IMG/VR virus record: IMGVR_UViG_3300030376_007323
Span: 30,010 to 94,009 of that record
DNA length: 64,000 nucleotides
DNA from: a virus
Taxonomy: Duplodnaviria; Caudoviricetes
Reading direction: 5' to 3' (one strand)
Below, piece after piece: positions 18,635-29,100 of this stretch. The notes below the pieces were generated by a model. The model did no database searches, had not been told where the DNA came from, and worked only from the letters and a program-made list of their open reading frames with translations. A program made the translations under genes and the position numbers. Position 1 is the first letter of the stretch. The number at the start of each line of letters is the position of its first letter.

Positions 18635-21600
18635 TTAATAACCACCACCACTAGACATACCACCACCACCTGTTGTGGTGTTTGACCCACCTAATCTAGG
18701 TGATGCGTTACCTGTTGTTGGTGTATTAGGTCTTCCACCACCACTTTGCGTTGGTGTTATGGGGTTGTCTCCTTTTATGTTTAAATCATAGTTTATTACC
18801 CAACTATCTATATCTTCGTAATTCCTGAGACTATCTACACATAAAAGATTATTTACACTTCCTTGTTTTGTAAATAAAGACTTGGTTCTATATTTTCTTT
18901 TATTACCTATAAACCCATCACTTAATAAATTAGTAACTTCACTTACTATTTCACTACCAAATAATTGCCCTCTATTATCTATATTATATGAGTTAGCATA
19001 ACTAGATATTGGATTGGGTGTTTCTCCTGTTAATATATTATTATAATATTTAGTCCCGGGAGTAGGTGGTGTAGGTGGTGTTGTTTCCCCAATTCTAAGT
19101 TGGTATTGTGGAGCTGGATAAGACGTATATCCTGTTGGTGATACCGTAAAGCTTCCTGTTAATGCACTCACTATTGTAGTACCAGTTACATTATAACACC
19201 TATACACAAATTTATCTCTATGAAATACTGAGTTTTGTATTTTAACCCCACTTAACCATAGGGTAGTAGAAGGAACTAATTGTTCAATAATCTTAACCCA
19301 ATAATCACCCATAGACTGGGCGTAATCCAACATTTTTGTATATGTATATTTATTATTATCACCACAATTATTTCTTAAATAATCTAAATACATTTGTTGT
19401 AATGTAGGGTAACCACCTGTTTTACCATCACTTATAGTCATTCTATTCTTTGCGTCTATAAAATTTTTCCAGAAGTGTTGGTTAAATGTTTTAAAGTCGT
19501 GTAATTTTGCGTTCCATTGTGGATTTGTAGAGTCCCAGGTACCTCCTGAGTTTGGGTAGAGTGATGGTAGTGACCCCCCACTAAAGAAACAATTACTTTG
19601 GGCGGATTGTCTCCAAACATCATAACTTAAACCTTGTCCTATATTTAAACTTAATTCAACATTTTTAACATTTAAAACTAGTTTTTCATTGTTGGTTTGA
19701 TAGTAGGCATCTCTATTTTTAAATGTATAATCTCTGGTTTGTGGTCCGGGTGACTCATATGACCATGATTTTTTATCATCTATAACTCTAGTCAACCCAA
19801 AACCAAAAGACATGTGGGGAAATCTTCTAAATCTATCTAAATATGGAGATTTTAAATTATCAGAATATTGCCCTCTAGTCCAAAAACCACCCCATGTAAA
19901 TGGAGCAAATTTATTGTTAATGACAGGGGTACAACCCGATAATATAGAATTATCTTCATCTAATATTAACTCAGATTTATGTTCTTCATTTCTTTCATAC
20001 CATCCAGCTCCTCTTTGGAAGAAGTAGTTATTCGTAACTCTTGGTTTAGTTGGGTACCCATCTTTGTCTACTGGGTAGTCACCTTGACCCCCACTGGCTG
20101 TGTATCTAATGAATGGGTGGGTTGTGGTACCAGTAGACACATAAAACGCGGGGGATACCCCCATACTAAATAATACGGGACTAAATTTAATAGTCTCATT
20201 AACATATGACCCTCCTGATATTTGTGCCCATCTTTTTGTAAACCTATTTTCTGGTCTAAAATGATTAGGTGATATCCAACCAGTATTAGTATTGTCAGCT
20301 AACACCCCAAAACCTGAAGTACCGGTAAATGCACTATATTCTTCAGGCCCTCCAAATCTATACTGTAAGGGTTGTGTTAACCTAATTTTGGAGTCCGCTA
20401 AAACCACATATTCATTAAATTCTATTAGTGCCTGAGGTGCTCCTAATAATCCTAACATAAACTCAATTGACTTTCTTGTACCTTTAGAATTAAATAAATA
20501 AGCTGTATTCATTAAAATTCTTCTATATAATTCTACATCAAGTTGACTTGGTGTTTTCCCTATACTAGTACCTGAATATGTTGGGTTTGATACCCCTAAT
20601 ACACTATCTAAAAATTTTGTATTGTCTAGTGTTGATGGCGTAGACCACCCTAATGTTTTTGCAAAGTTTTTAATTAATTTATTAGGTATATTGTTCTTAC
20701 CATCATAGGTTACATTAGTCATATACGCAATACCATCCACAAAAGTTTTGATATCATCAAAACTCCTTCCATAGATTTGTAGTGTTTTTTCTACTTTCTG
20801 ACCACTAGTATCAAATTCTTTCAATACTGGTGCGGTTAAAAATCTAGAGATTAAATTGGTTTTTTGTGCATCTAGTTCATCCCCCAAATTCGCTAAACTT
20901 GTTAGGTATTGGGTATAAGAACTGGTACTAATATCAAGATTGACAGCGTCCTCTAAAGGCCAAGTAATTTCTTCATTATTAAAGTAGGTAACTCCTTGGT
21001 CGGTTTCTTTTAATAATTTAAATTTTGCGGTATATATAGGATTACATTCTCTGTTTATCAAAAAAGATTCTACATCACCAAACTCTTGGAATTGTTTTTC
21101 ACTTTCTTGTTTATTAGGTTTTAAGTAATATTGTTTAGTTGTAGTTGTGGCTGTACCCAAAGGTGCCCCTTTAACTGTTACTTCAATATAGTTTATTGAT
21201 GTTGTTTGTGGTTTTAACTCTAAAATTTTATATTCTTTGTCGGTTACACTACCACTAAACGTTAAAACATATTTACTATACTCACGAGTTAAATTTCTGA
21301 TTGCCGCGACACTACCATCAGCAATTTTTACTATAGTATTACTAACATGCCCAAACTGTTCTAGGTTATTGATTATTTGTTCTTTACTTAAATGGTGTGT
21401 GATAAGATTTCCATTAGTGGTAAACTCTATATCAAATGGGTTGGATAGGTAGTTTACATTAACTCTGAAAGTTGTTTGGTTTCTTCCCGCATCATATACG
21501 ATATTGGTTGCGGTCGTATTTCCAGTATTTAAATTAATGTCGACACCATCAACAAATAAAGCAGCCGGAAAAAAATTAATTATATTTTCGGTAGCTACTT

Positions 21601-21925
21601 TTAATCTTTTATTTAAGGAACCATATAAAACAAAATTAGTTAAATCAGAAGTATCGTGATTAATGTAAACTTCTAAATTATTACTAGCTAAAGATTTTGC
21701 TAATTCTAAATCAGTAATATTTAAGGACTCTAACGTGATTGGTGCTGAAAACCCACCTAAATTATAATTTGCGTTATTTCTTCTGTTATAATTTTGTGGT
21801 GTAGAAAAATTACCTAGGGTCATCTGAGATGAACCATCCGTAAACTGATTACCCACTAGATTATCACTAAAGGTACCCAGACCGTTTGGTGGTGCCGGGG
21901 GATATCTAAATCTATTACTAGCCAT
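18635..21925 (-). CDS. Baseplate wedge subunit (P2 gpI/T4 gp7-like)
   Basis: LIKNFAKTLGW...YRRILMNTAYLFNSKGTRKSIEFML; IEQLVPSTT. Confidence 0.65.
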   Translation of the reverse strand: MASNRFRYPPAPPNGLGTFSDNLVGNQFTDGSSQMTLGNFSTPQNYNRRNNANYNLGGFSAPITLESLNITDLELAKSLASNNLEVYINHDTSDLTNFVLYGSLNKRLKVATENIINFFPAALFVDGVDINLNTGNTTATNIVYDAGRNQTTFRVNVNYLSNPFDIEFTTNGNLITHHLSKEQIINNLEQFGHVSNTIVKIADGSVAAIRNLTREYSKYVLTFSGSVTDKEYKILELKPQTTSINYIEVTVKGAPLGTATTTTKQYYLKPNKQESEKQFQEFGDVESFLINRECNPIYTAKFKLLKETDQGVTYFNNEEITWPLEDAVNLDISTSSYTQYLTSLANLGDELDAQKTNLISRFLTAPVLKEFDTSGQKVEKTLQIYGRSFDDIKTFVDGIAYMTNVTYDGKNNIPNKLIKNFAKTLGWSTPSTLDNTKFLDSVLGVSNPTYSGTSIGKTPSQLDVELYRRILMNTAYLFNSKGTRKSIEFMLGLLGAPQALIEFNEYVVLADSKIRLTQPLQYRFGGPEEYSAFTGTSGFGVLADNTNTGWISPNHFRPENRFTKRWAQISGGSYVNETIKFSPVLFSMGVSPAFYVSTGTTTHPFIRYTASGGQGDYPVDKDGYPTKPRVTNNYFFQRGAGWYERNEEHKSELILDEDNSILSGCTPVINNKFAPFTWGGFWTRGQYSDNLKSPYLDRFRRFPHMSFGFGLTRVIDDKKSWSYESPGPQTRDYTFKNRDAYYQTNNEKLVLNVKNVELSLNIGQGLSYDVWRQSAQSNCFFSGGSLPSLYPNSGGTWDSTNPQWNAKLHDFKTFNQHFWKNFIDAKNRMTISDGKTGGYPTLQQMYLDYLRNNCGDNNKYTYTKMLDYAQSMGDYWVKIIEQLVPSTTLWLSGVKIQNSVFHRDKFVYRCYNVTGTTIVSALTGSFTVSPTGYTSYPAPQYQLRIGETTPPTPPTPGTKYYNNILTGETPNPISSYANSYNIDNRGQLFGSEIVSEVTNLLSDGFIGNKRKYRTKSLFTKQGSVNNLLCVDSLRNYEDIDSWVINYDLNIKGDNPITPTQSGGGRPNTPTTGNASPRLGGSNTTTGGGGMSSGGGY

Positions 21926-21930
21926 CCTTA

Positions 21931-22848
21931 TTATTGATTAACTATTATATTATTAAATGCTTGACTGAAGTCTATGTTGTTACCTCTATTTTGTCTTACT
22001 TCATATAATTGGTCATTAAATGCATCTCTTACTTCATATAAATCATATTGTTGGTAAATGTTGTTTAGTCCACTTAAATCATATAGTGTGTATATACCAG
22101 TATCTATAGACTTAGCTTGATTACCGTATAATGCTATAGCTAATGTGTCGAAATCATGGTCTACCATCTCAACATCTAAAGCTAGAGGATTAAAAAATGT
22201 ATTAGTAATTATAACTGATTGTCCTGGTTGCCCTATAAAAGGTATCGCGTTAGGGTTATTAGATGGTGCACTAGTAGGTGTTAAGGTACAAAAAACTAAA
22301 TTTGTTCTGTTATTAGTGTATACATATCTTGGTGATATTTGATTTGGGTTTGTTAATTTTGCTGCTACTGGTTCACAATAGAAATTAGAGGTTACAATTC
22401 GGAAAAAATTACTTTTTTTGGACCCATCTAGTTCTAGATACTCTATTCTATACCCTACCAATTCTGATGGTCTAAACCTATCCCTAAATTGTACTGGAAT
22501 AGCATTTAAATCAAAAACTAAACCTTTTACATTAGGAAGAGATGATAATATACCACAATCTATTATACTTGTTCTTATTTCTATAGGTCTTATATATACA
22601 GTATATATACCTTTTTGAGCAAACACTGAGGAAGGTAATTTTAAATCATACAAACCACCTAATATTTCATTAGGGTTACCCCCAGTATTAGTATTGTGAG
22701 AGTGGGGTGCGAGTACTTGAGTAGCTGGTAATTGAGTTATTACAAAGTTACTAGTTGCACTTCTGTCTGGTTGGAAGTGCACAATGACTTGTGCGTCTTC
22801 TGGTCGTACGTCTGCTGGTCTTTTTATTCCGTATGCTCCTAATGCCAT
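21931..22848 (-). CDS. Putative virion structural protein
   Basis: 305-aa ORF within the baseplate operon; beta-rich composition. Confidence 0.55.
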   Translation of the reverse strand: MALGAYGIKRPADVRPEDAQVIVHFQPDRSATSNFVITQLPATQVLAPHSHNTNTGGNPNEILGGLYDLKLPSSVFAQKGIYTVYIRPIEIRTSIIDCGILSSLPNVKGLVFDLNAIPVQFRDRFRPSELVGYRIEYLELDGSKKSNFFRIVTSNFYCEPVAAKLTNPNQISPRYVYTNNRTNLVFCTLTPTSAPSNNPNAIPFIGQPGQSVIITNTFFNPLALDVEMVDHDFDTLAIALYGNQAKSIDTGIYTLYDLSGLNNIYQQYDLYEVRDAFNDQLYEVRQNRGNNIDFSQAFNNIIVNQ

Positions 22849-22851
22849 TTA

Positions 22852-23073
22852 CTATGCTTCTTTTTCTATTTTATAAAACCCATAACCATGTAACATTAAT
22901 TCTCCCATATTTGGGGTTAAGTCTAGTCTTTGGGGTCTTTCAAAGACAGTTATTTTACCTCTCTCGATAAATATGTTTGAGCGGGTTTCTGGCCTTTCAC
23001 ATACATTCATTAATACCTCTTCTTTTGTTAAAGGAGGGATACAACCACCATATTTTACAATACCTAAACCCAT
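22852..23073 (-). CDS. Small structural protein, possibly the detached C-terminal domain of the upstream giant protein family
   Basis: LTKEEVLMNV..SNIFIERGK..GYGFYKI; has its own upstream TATTTATA motif. Confidence 0.65.
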   Translation of the reverse strand: MGLGIVKYGGCIPPLTKEEVLMNVCERPETRSNIFIERGKITVFERPQRLDLTPNMGELMLHGYGFYKIEKEA

Positions 23074-23132
23074 ATTCTTTTATTATAAATATCTAACATC
23101 TAATTTATCTTTATTAATTGTCTAAATCCATT

Positions 23133-26100
23133 TTACATGTGTGTTTGTTGGTGTATCCCACAAATAGGTGGTACGGTAGACCATCCTTGAGGACATGGTA
23201 ACGAAGATACTGATGTTGTTTGAATTGCCCATCCAGTTGGTGTGTTCACACATTTATAACATGTAATATTACTTATTACTGGTGGGCATTGGTCACCTGA
23301 TTCATCACAACCACAATTCATCCAAGTCGCTGAATTACTAATTAATGAACCATTAATTATTTGACATGGTATATTAGATACATTAGATTGACTATCCGAA
23401 CCATTATTCACGACAGCACCGCTATCATTTGCACAACACCAACAACATCCGTCTTTTGCATTGGTAACACAGTCATTTAATGAATAATTATATACACCAA
23501 CACTACCAGGGTATGGTGTCCAATTTATAGGCCACCCACCTAAGTTGGGTGCTAAATGTAATGAACAACATTCACATTCTCCATCAGGAAAACAAGGTGC
23601 ACCATCAACATCAACACCACAAGTTTGCCAACCCCCATAAGTTGCTGATGTAGTAGTGCCCACATTTTGACTTGGTATGTCACCACCTTTACATCTTATA
23701 GCGTTAGGGTTACCCCCAGTATTAGCCATCCAACCTACCTCATCTAATAAAACACAACAATAACAACAATCATCAGTAGGGTCTACTACACAATTATTCG
23801 CATAAAACCCACCCATATTAATACTCCAAAGACCCAAATGTAGTGGGGGATATTGTGGTACTAGACTAAAGTAACTACTTAAACTATTTAAACATTCATC
23901 ACAACCACCCCAACAATACTGTTGACAATCTTGTAGTGAGGAATATTGTCCTCCTACTTGAATCACACAATTACCATTCACACATTCGAACTCCTTACCT
24001 GGTGCATCAGCACAGGTTTCGTCACAAGGCCACCAAATAGAAAAGTCTCCCGCGTTACTTTGAGCGGTAGTTACTGGGGTTGGGGCGAATATGGTGCTTC
24101 CATCACAAGCTAATCCATTTACAAAATTATGATAACATACAGAAGGGTCATAAAAACTAGTAGGGTCCACAACTGTTCCTGAGTCAGTCACAGAAATATA
24201 ACAACACCCATCCAATGGACTAAGTGTGACTTCATTATAACCCCAAGTTAATCCTGGTGCCCAATTAGTTACTCCACCTGAACCATTCCCTTGTACAGGA
24301 GTTGCCATTCCTGCTGCATTATATGGTGCCCACACACCTGTAAATTCGTTTTGAATTATCGCGTGTCCTATCGTACCAATACAAGGTTTACATATAGGTG
24401 AAGTTGTGGCTGTCCAACAACAATCATCGGGGTCATTTAAACAATCAGCTAAGCTCGCGTATTGTCCCAGTGGTCCCGTTGGTACGCAATCACATTTTTG
24501 TGTCGAGAGTGTTTGACCTGGTAAACCTAGATTTGCTACAACTGTTTTTTTACAATCATATCTTGTGGTAGAAGTTATACCTGTATTACAACAAGTGTGA
24601 CTTTGTTGACATTCTGATAAAGTAAGATAAGGACCAAATGGAGCTGGTACACACTTACATAAACCGTTAAGGTTGGAGACACAATCATACTTAGTCTCTG
24701 CTGTCATTCCAGTCCAACAACAATTTAATGTGTCATTTTCACAATCTGCAATACTAGTGTATTGACCCGTTGGGTCTAGTACACACTTACATAAACCATT
24801 ATTACCTACTTTACATTCGTATTTGGTGGGTGTTACACCGGTCCAACAACATTTTGCTGGGTCATTTTCACAATCGTATTGACTAGCATATGCACCCCAT
24901 ACATCTGGTATACAATTACAATCAACTTGGTCACACGACCATCTAGTCATTGTTTGTGCTGAACAACAAGTAGTTGGGTCATTTTCACAATCACTTTGGT
25001 TATAATAATGAATAAGGGGATTGTAACTAGTAATTGTACTATCAAACACACAGGTACATTGTTGTGTGGTTTGAGGGGATATAACATTTTCACAAACCCA
25101 AAATCCACAACATGGGTCACTTAATAATGTTTGATTACATTCTCCAATAGTTGCGTACTGACCACCTGTACCCACTACCGATGTACAGGTACATAGTGTG
25201 GATGGACATTGACAGTAATTACCTCCAAAAATTGACCCAAATGCACCACACACACCACTTATTAACGCTTTTAGTTGGTACCAGTCCATCCCATTTGTTG
25301 CGGCTAAACCAGCAGCAATTAATTGATTAACCAAGTCTTGTTTGGACTGGTAGTAGAATGGCATGTGTGCTGCTTGAAAAGCTGCGTCACCAGGACACTG
25401 AGTAAAGTTACCATAATTAGGTATTTCTAATAGATTTCCGTTATCATAACACGGGTCTGTTGTTGCATTTGCTCCTAAAGTACCTTCAAAGTAAAAACTA
25501 TCAAAGGTGGTTGCTGGTGGTACTCCGTTTGCTGGGTCACATATCCATATAATCGCAGTAGATGAACCTAACGGACTTACGGGTATTTTAATTTTATTTT
25601 GACATGTACCAGGAGATGGTGTTGTTGTGCCTGGGATACAATCATAAGTAAGTTGTTGTACTGGATTATTACAACTTGAGTTACATGGTACCCACACTAA
25701 AGTACCACTATTACTCGCGTTGACTCCTGGACCTGCTGGTCCTGGCCATACTGGGGTATTATTCACTAAATCATTAATATAGTATTGGTAGTATGCCCCT
25801 GGATTAAATATCCAAAGATTTGCTGGGTCATCATCTACACAAACATAACAACATGAGTTACCATCCCAACTAGCACTTACAACATCTCCTATAGAGTAGT
25901 TTGTACCACCAACCCATGCTGGTGCACTACCAACAAATGGTGTTACAGTAACTGAACCAACCATCCAACTATTCATTGGGTCATCAAAGTAGGTATAACT
26001 AATAGAACCTATTACAGAACATTCATAACAATCACAACAACCACTGTAAGAAGCAAAAAACGCTGTAGATGTTACTCCAATAATACAGTCATCTAAATTA

Positions 26101-29100
26101 TAATATATAGGATTACATGTGCCTGGAGGTTGTGGACCTGCACAGAAACAATCACTTATACAATCACCACAACCCCAAGTACAAACTGATTGACATGTCA
26201 ATAAATCAATGTGTGGGCCAGAAACAAAAGTACTAGGTGGACTTGTACTAGTAAAAGCAGAACACCCTACAATATCTAAACAATAAAAATCAGTTGTAGC
26301 TAAAGTACAAGGATATCCTATTGCGGAACCAGCAGTTGCTATTTCACAAGCGTATGGTGTTAATTCACTAGGTACATTCGTACATGGACACATATTTACA
26401 CCCCAATCTACACCATTACAATTAGATGTACCTGGAGGAGCACAATCACAACAATATCTACAAAATTGTTCACAGTCAGCTTGATTGGCAAATCCTATTC
26501 CCGCGAAATTATTGGTTACTTGTGCATCAAAATATGTGTTCGTTGGGTCTGTTGGTCCACCAACTAGTTGTCCAATAGCCCCTTGTTGATATAGTGCTGT
26601 TTGTCCCGCGAAATACGTACTGTTTCTACAAGCTGATATTGGTACTGCTGCACTATAGTCACCGTTTAGTGCTCCATATGTATCACACCACCATTCTTCT
26701 GGAGGTAAACAACAATCACAACTACTAAATGCTGCCCAACAATCAAAAGCACTATCATATGTAATTACTGCAGGTGATAAAGCGTTAAATATACAATTAC
26801 CTATACCATTAGGTGGACAACCACATTCCCACGTACAATAATCTTGACAATCTTGTAAACTAGTAAAAGGTCCAGGATAACCTGGAGTATTAGGTGGTAC
26901 GATAACACACCCTAATCCAGCTACACCCGCTGTAGATTCACAATTAGAAGTATAGTCACAATACCAAGTATCAGCTGACGTACTACCCGAACAACAATCT
27001 ATTATGCCTAAAGAAGAGATACAAGCATCTAAAGATAGGAAAGGGTATACTGGGTGTGTAGCACCTTGTGGCACAGGTGGGAACGTTGGGTACCCACCAA
27101 AAAATATACCAGTATTGCTGTTATTTATAAAATCTTGTAAAACCACACAATTAGTTGTGTCTGTTACTGGGTCCTCACAATAACAAGATGCTCTACAATG
27201 TTCTTCACATGTATTACCTGTATAACAGTTTTGAGAGGCTGGTGTAAACAGGGGATTAAATACACATGAGGAAGGGGTACATCCAGTTGGTGTACATTCA
27301 TAAGTTTGACTTGGTCCACCCCCACAAGGTTGACACCCTGCTGGTGGTAATCCTGGAGTTCCACCACAAGTTTCCCAAGGGTTTGGTGTACCGTTAGTTG
27401 CTGGTCCATCATCTGGTATAAAACAACTACAATCGAATGTTGTTATACAATCGGGTGCAGTTCCTACACCACCTGCCCCCCATAGGGACGGTAACATACA
27501 AACATAACAACATAAAGGAGAATCTGCATCAGAATGATAAACTATATCATGTAATCCGTAGACAACACCTAACTGATACATTCCTTGTGGTGTTAAAACA
27601 GTCCCACCCATCCCTATACTATTCATATAATCATCACATGGACAAACACAATCATCTACCGCACTTACTGAACAAACGTAGTCCCCGAAAGAATTTAAAG
27701 CTAAATTACTGGTACATTCCACCATAGTACAATAAGGTAATAAAGGGTTGGTACCTGTAGGGTCACATGCCGATGCAGCCGCAGCATTTACATATTGTAC
27801 GTAATAACAAGGCCAGTTACCGGGTGGAAAAAGTTGTTGGTTACCTGGTAGGGTAGCTAAAGCTTCGGTATCATCACATTCTGCGTGACAACATTCGGTT
27901 GCTTCACAGCACGCAGAGAAACTACTATAGCCAGTAAAACCGGGAGCTGGATTAGAAAATCCTAATAAATTTTGTGCCATATAATAGCCACTAACCCCAT
28001 CTTGACAAAATGTGGGTCCTTGGTAATTGGTGCTACTAGGGTCTATATCTATAAAACAATCCCAACCTGCGTTACACGCACATAAAGTTTGGCAATCTAT
28101 GTTTCCTTGAGCTGTACCTGAAAACCAAGTTACATTATCTATAATTCCAGCACATGGACTTTGTAATGTACATGGTGTCATAGAAGTACAATCACAAACA
28201 TAACATTGTTCTATTTGTGTACAATCCGCTGTACATGCAGAATAACCATATCCTGGGTAAGTAGCGTTGCTAGGTGAAACCCAAGGACCCCAACCACAAC
28301 CACAGTCATAACATTCCACACAAGGTTGATTTATGGTCTCACAAGACCAACCACAAGGTACTATACCACCCCCCATAGTTGCTGGGTCTTGTTGACATTC
28401 TTGTAGGTTTGCGTAGGTACCACCAATGGTTACCTCATAACATCCCTCACAACAACTCCATTCATAACCAGTATAATCACAACATGCTGACGTACTGTAT
28501 TGGTAACCTAAATCAGTTGTAAATGCTGTACCAGCGTTACATGCTGATAATCCAAAATCTGGTGTAAAATAAAATTGTTCATAAACAGCTAACCACTCGT
28601 TGGGTGTTAGACCGTTAGGTAAGACTCCAGGTACTAAGCCCATCACACTAGTTACTGTGTTAGTGTATAATCCTGGAGTTGCATTTGCATCGTCTTCCGC
28701 ACATGAGAATAATGTACAACATTCACTAGCGTTTGATGCTGTCGGTGTTGTACAAGAAAATGCTGGTGGATTACACCACCCTTCACAATCCATTTGTGAA
28801 TTAAATACAGGTCCTGCTAGTGGGTTGAGTGGGTCAAAACTTGTATACGCGGAATGACTAGAATCAATTTCTATACACCCTACACAATCATATTGATTTT
28901 CACACACCCATTTATCTGGAAAACATTCACCATCATCAAAATCATCTTTACAATCTTCATAGTATTGGTACCCCTGTAGAATATTAGTAGTTGTTGTTAT
29001 TCCCGTACCTGGTACTAATTCACAACCATATAATGGTATATTATTTAAATCTTGGGGACAAATCCATGTTGAACACCCAACATACTCCCAATATGTTGTT

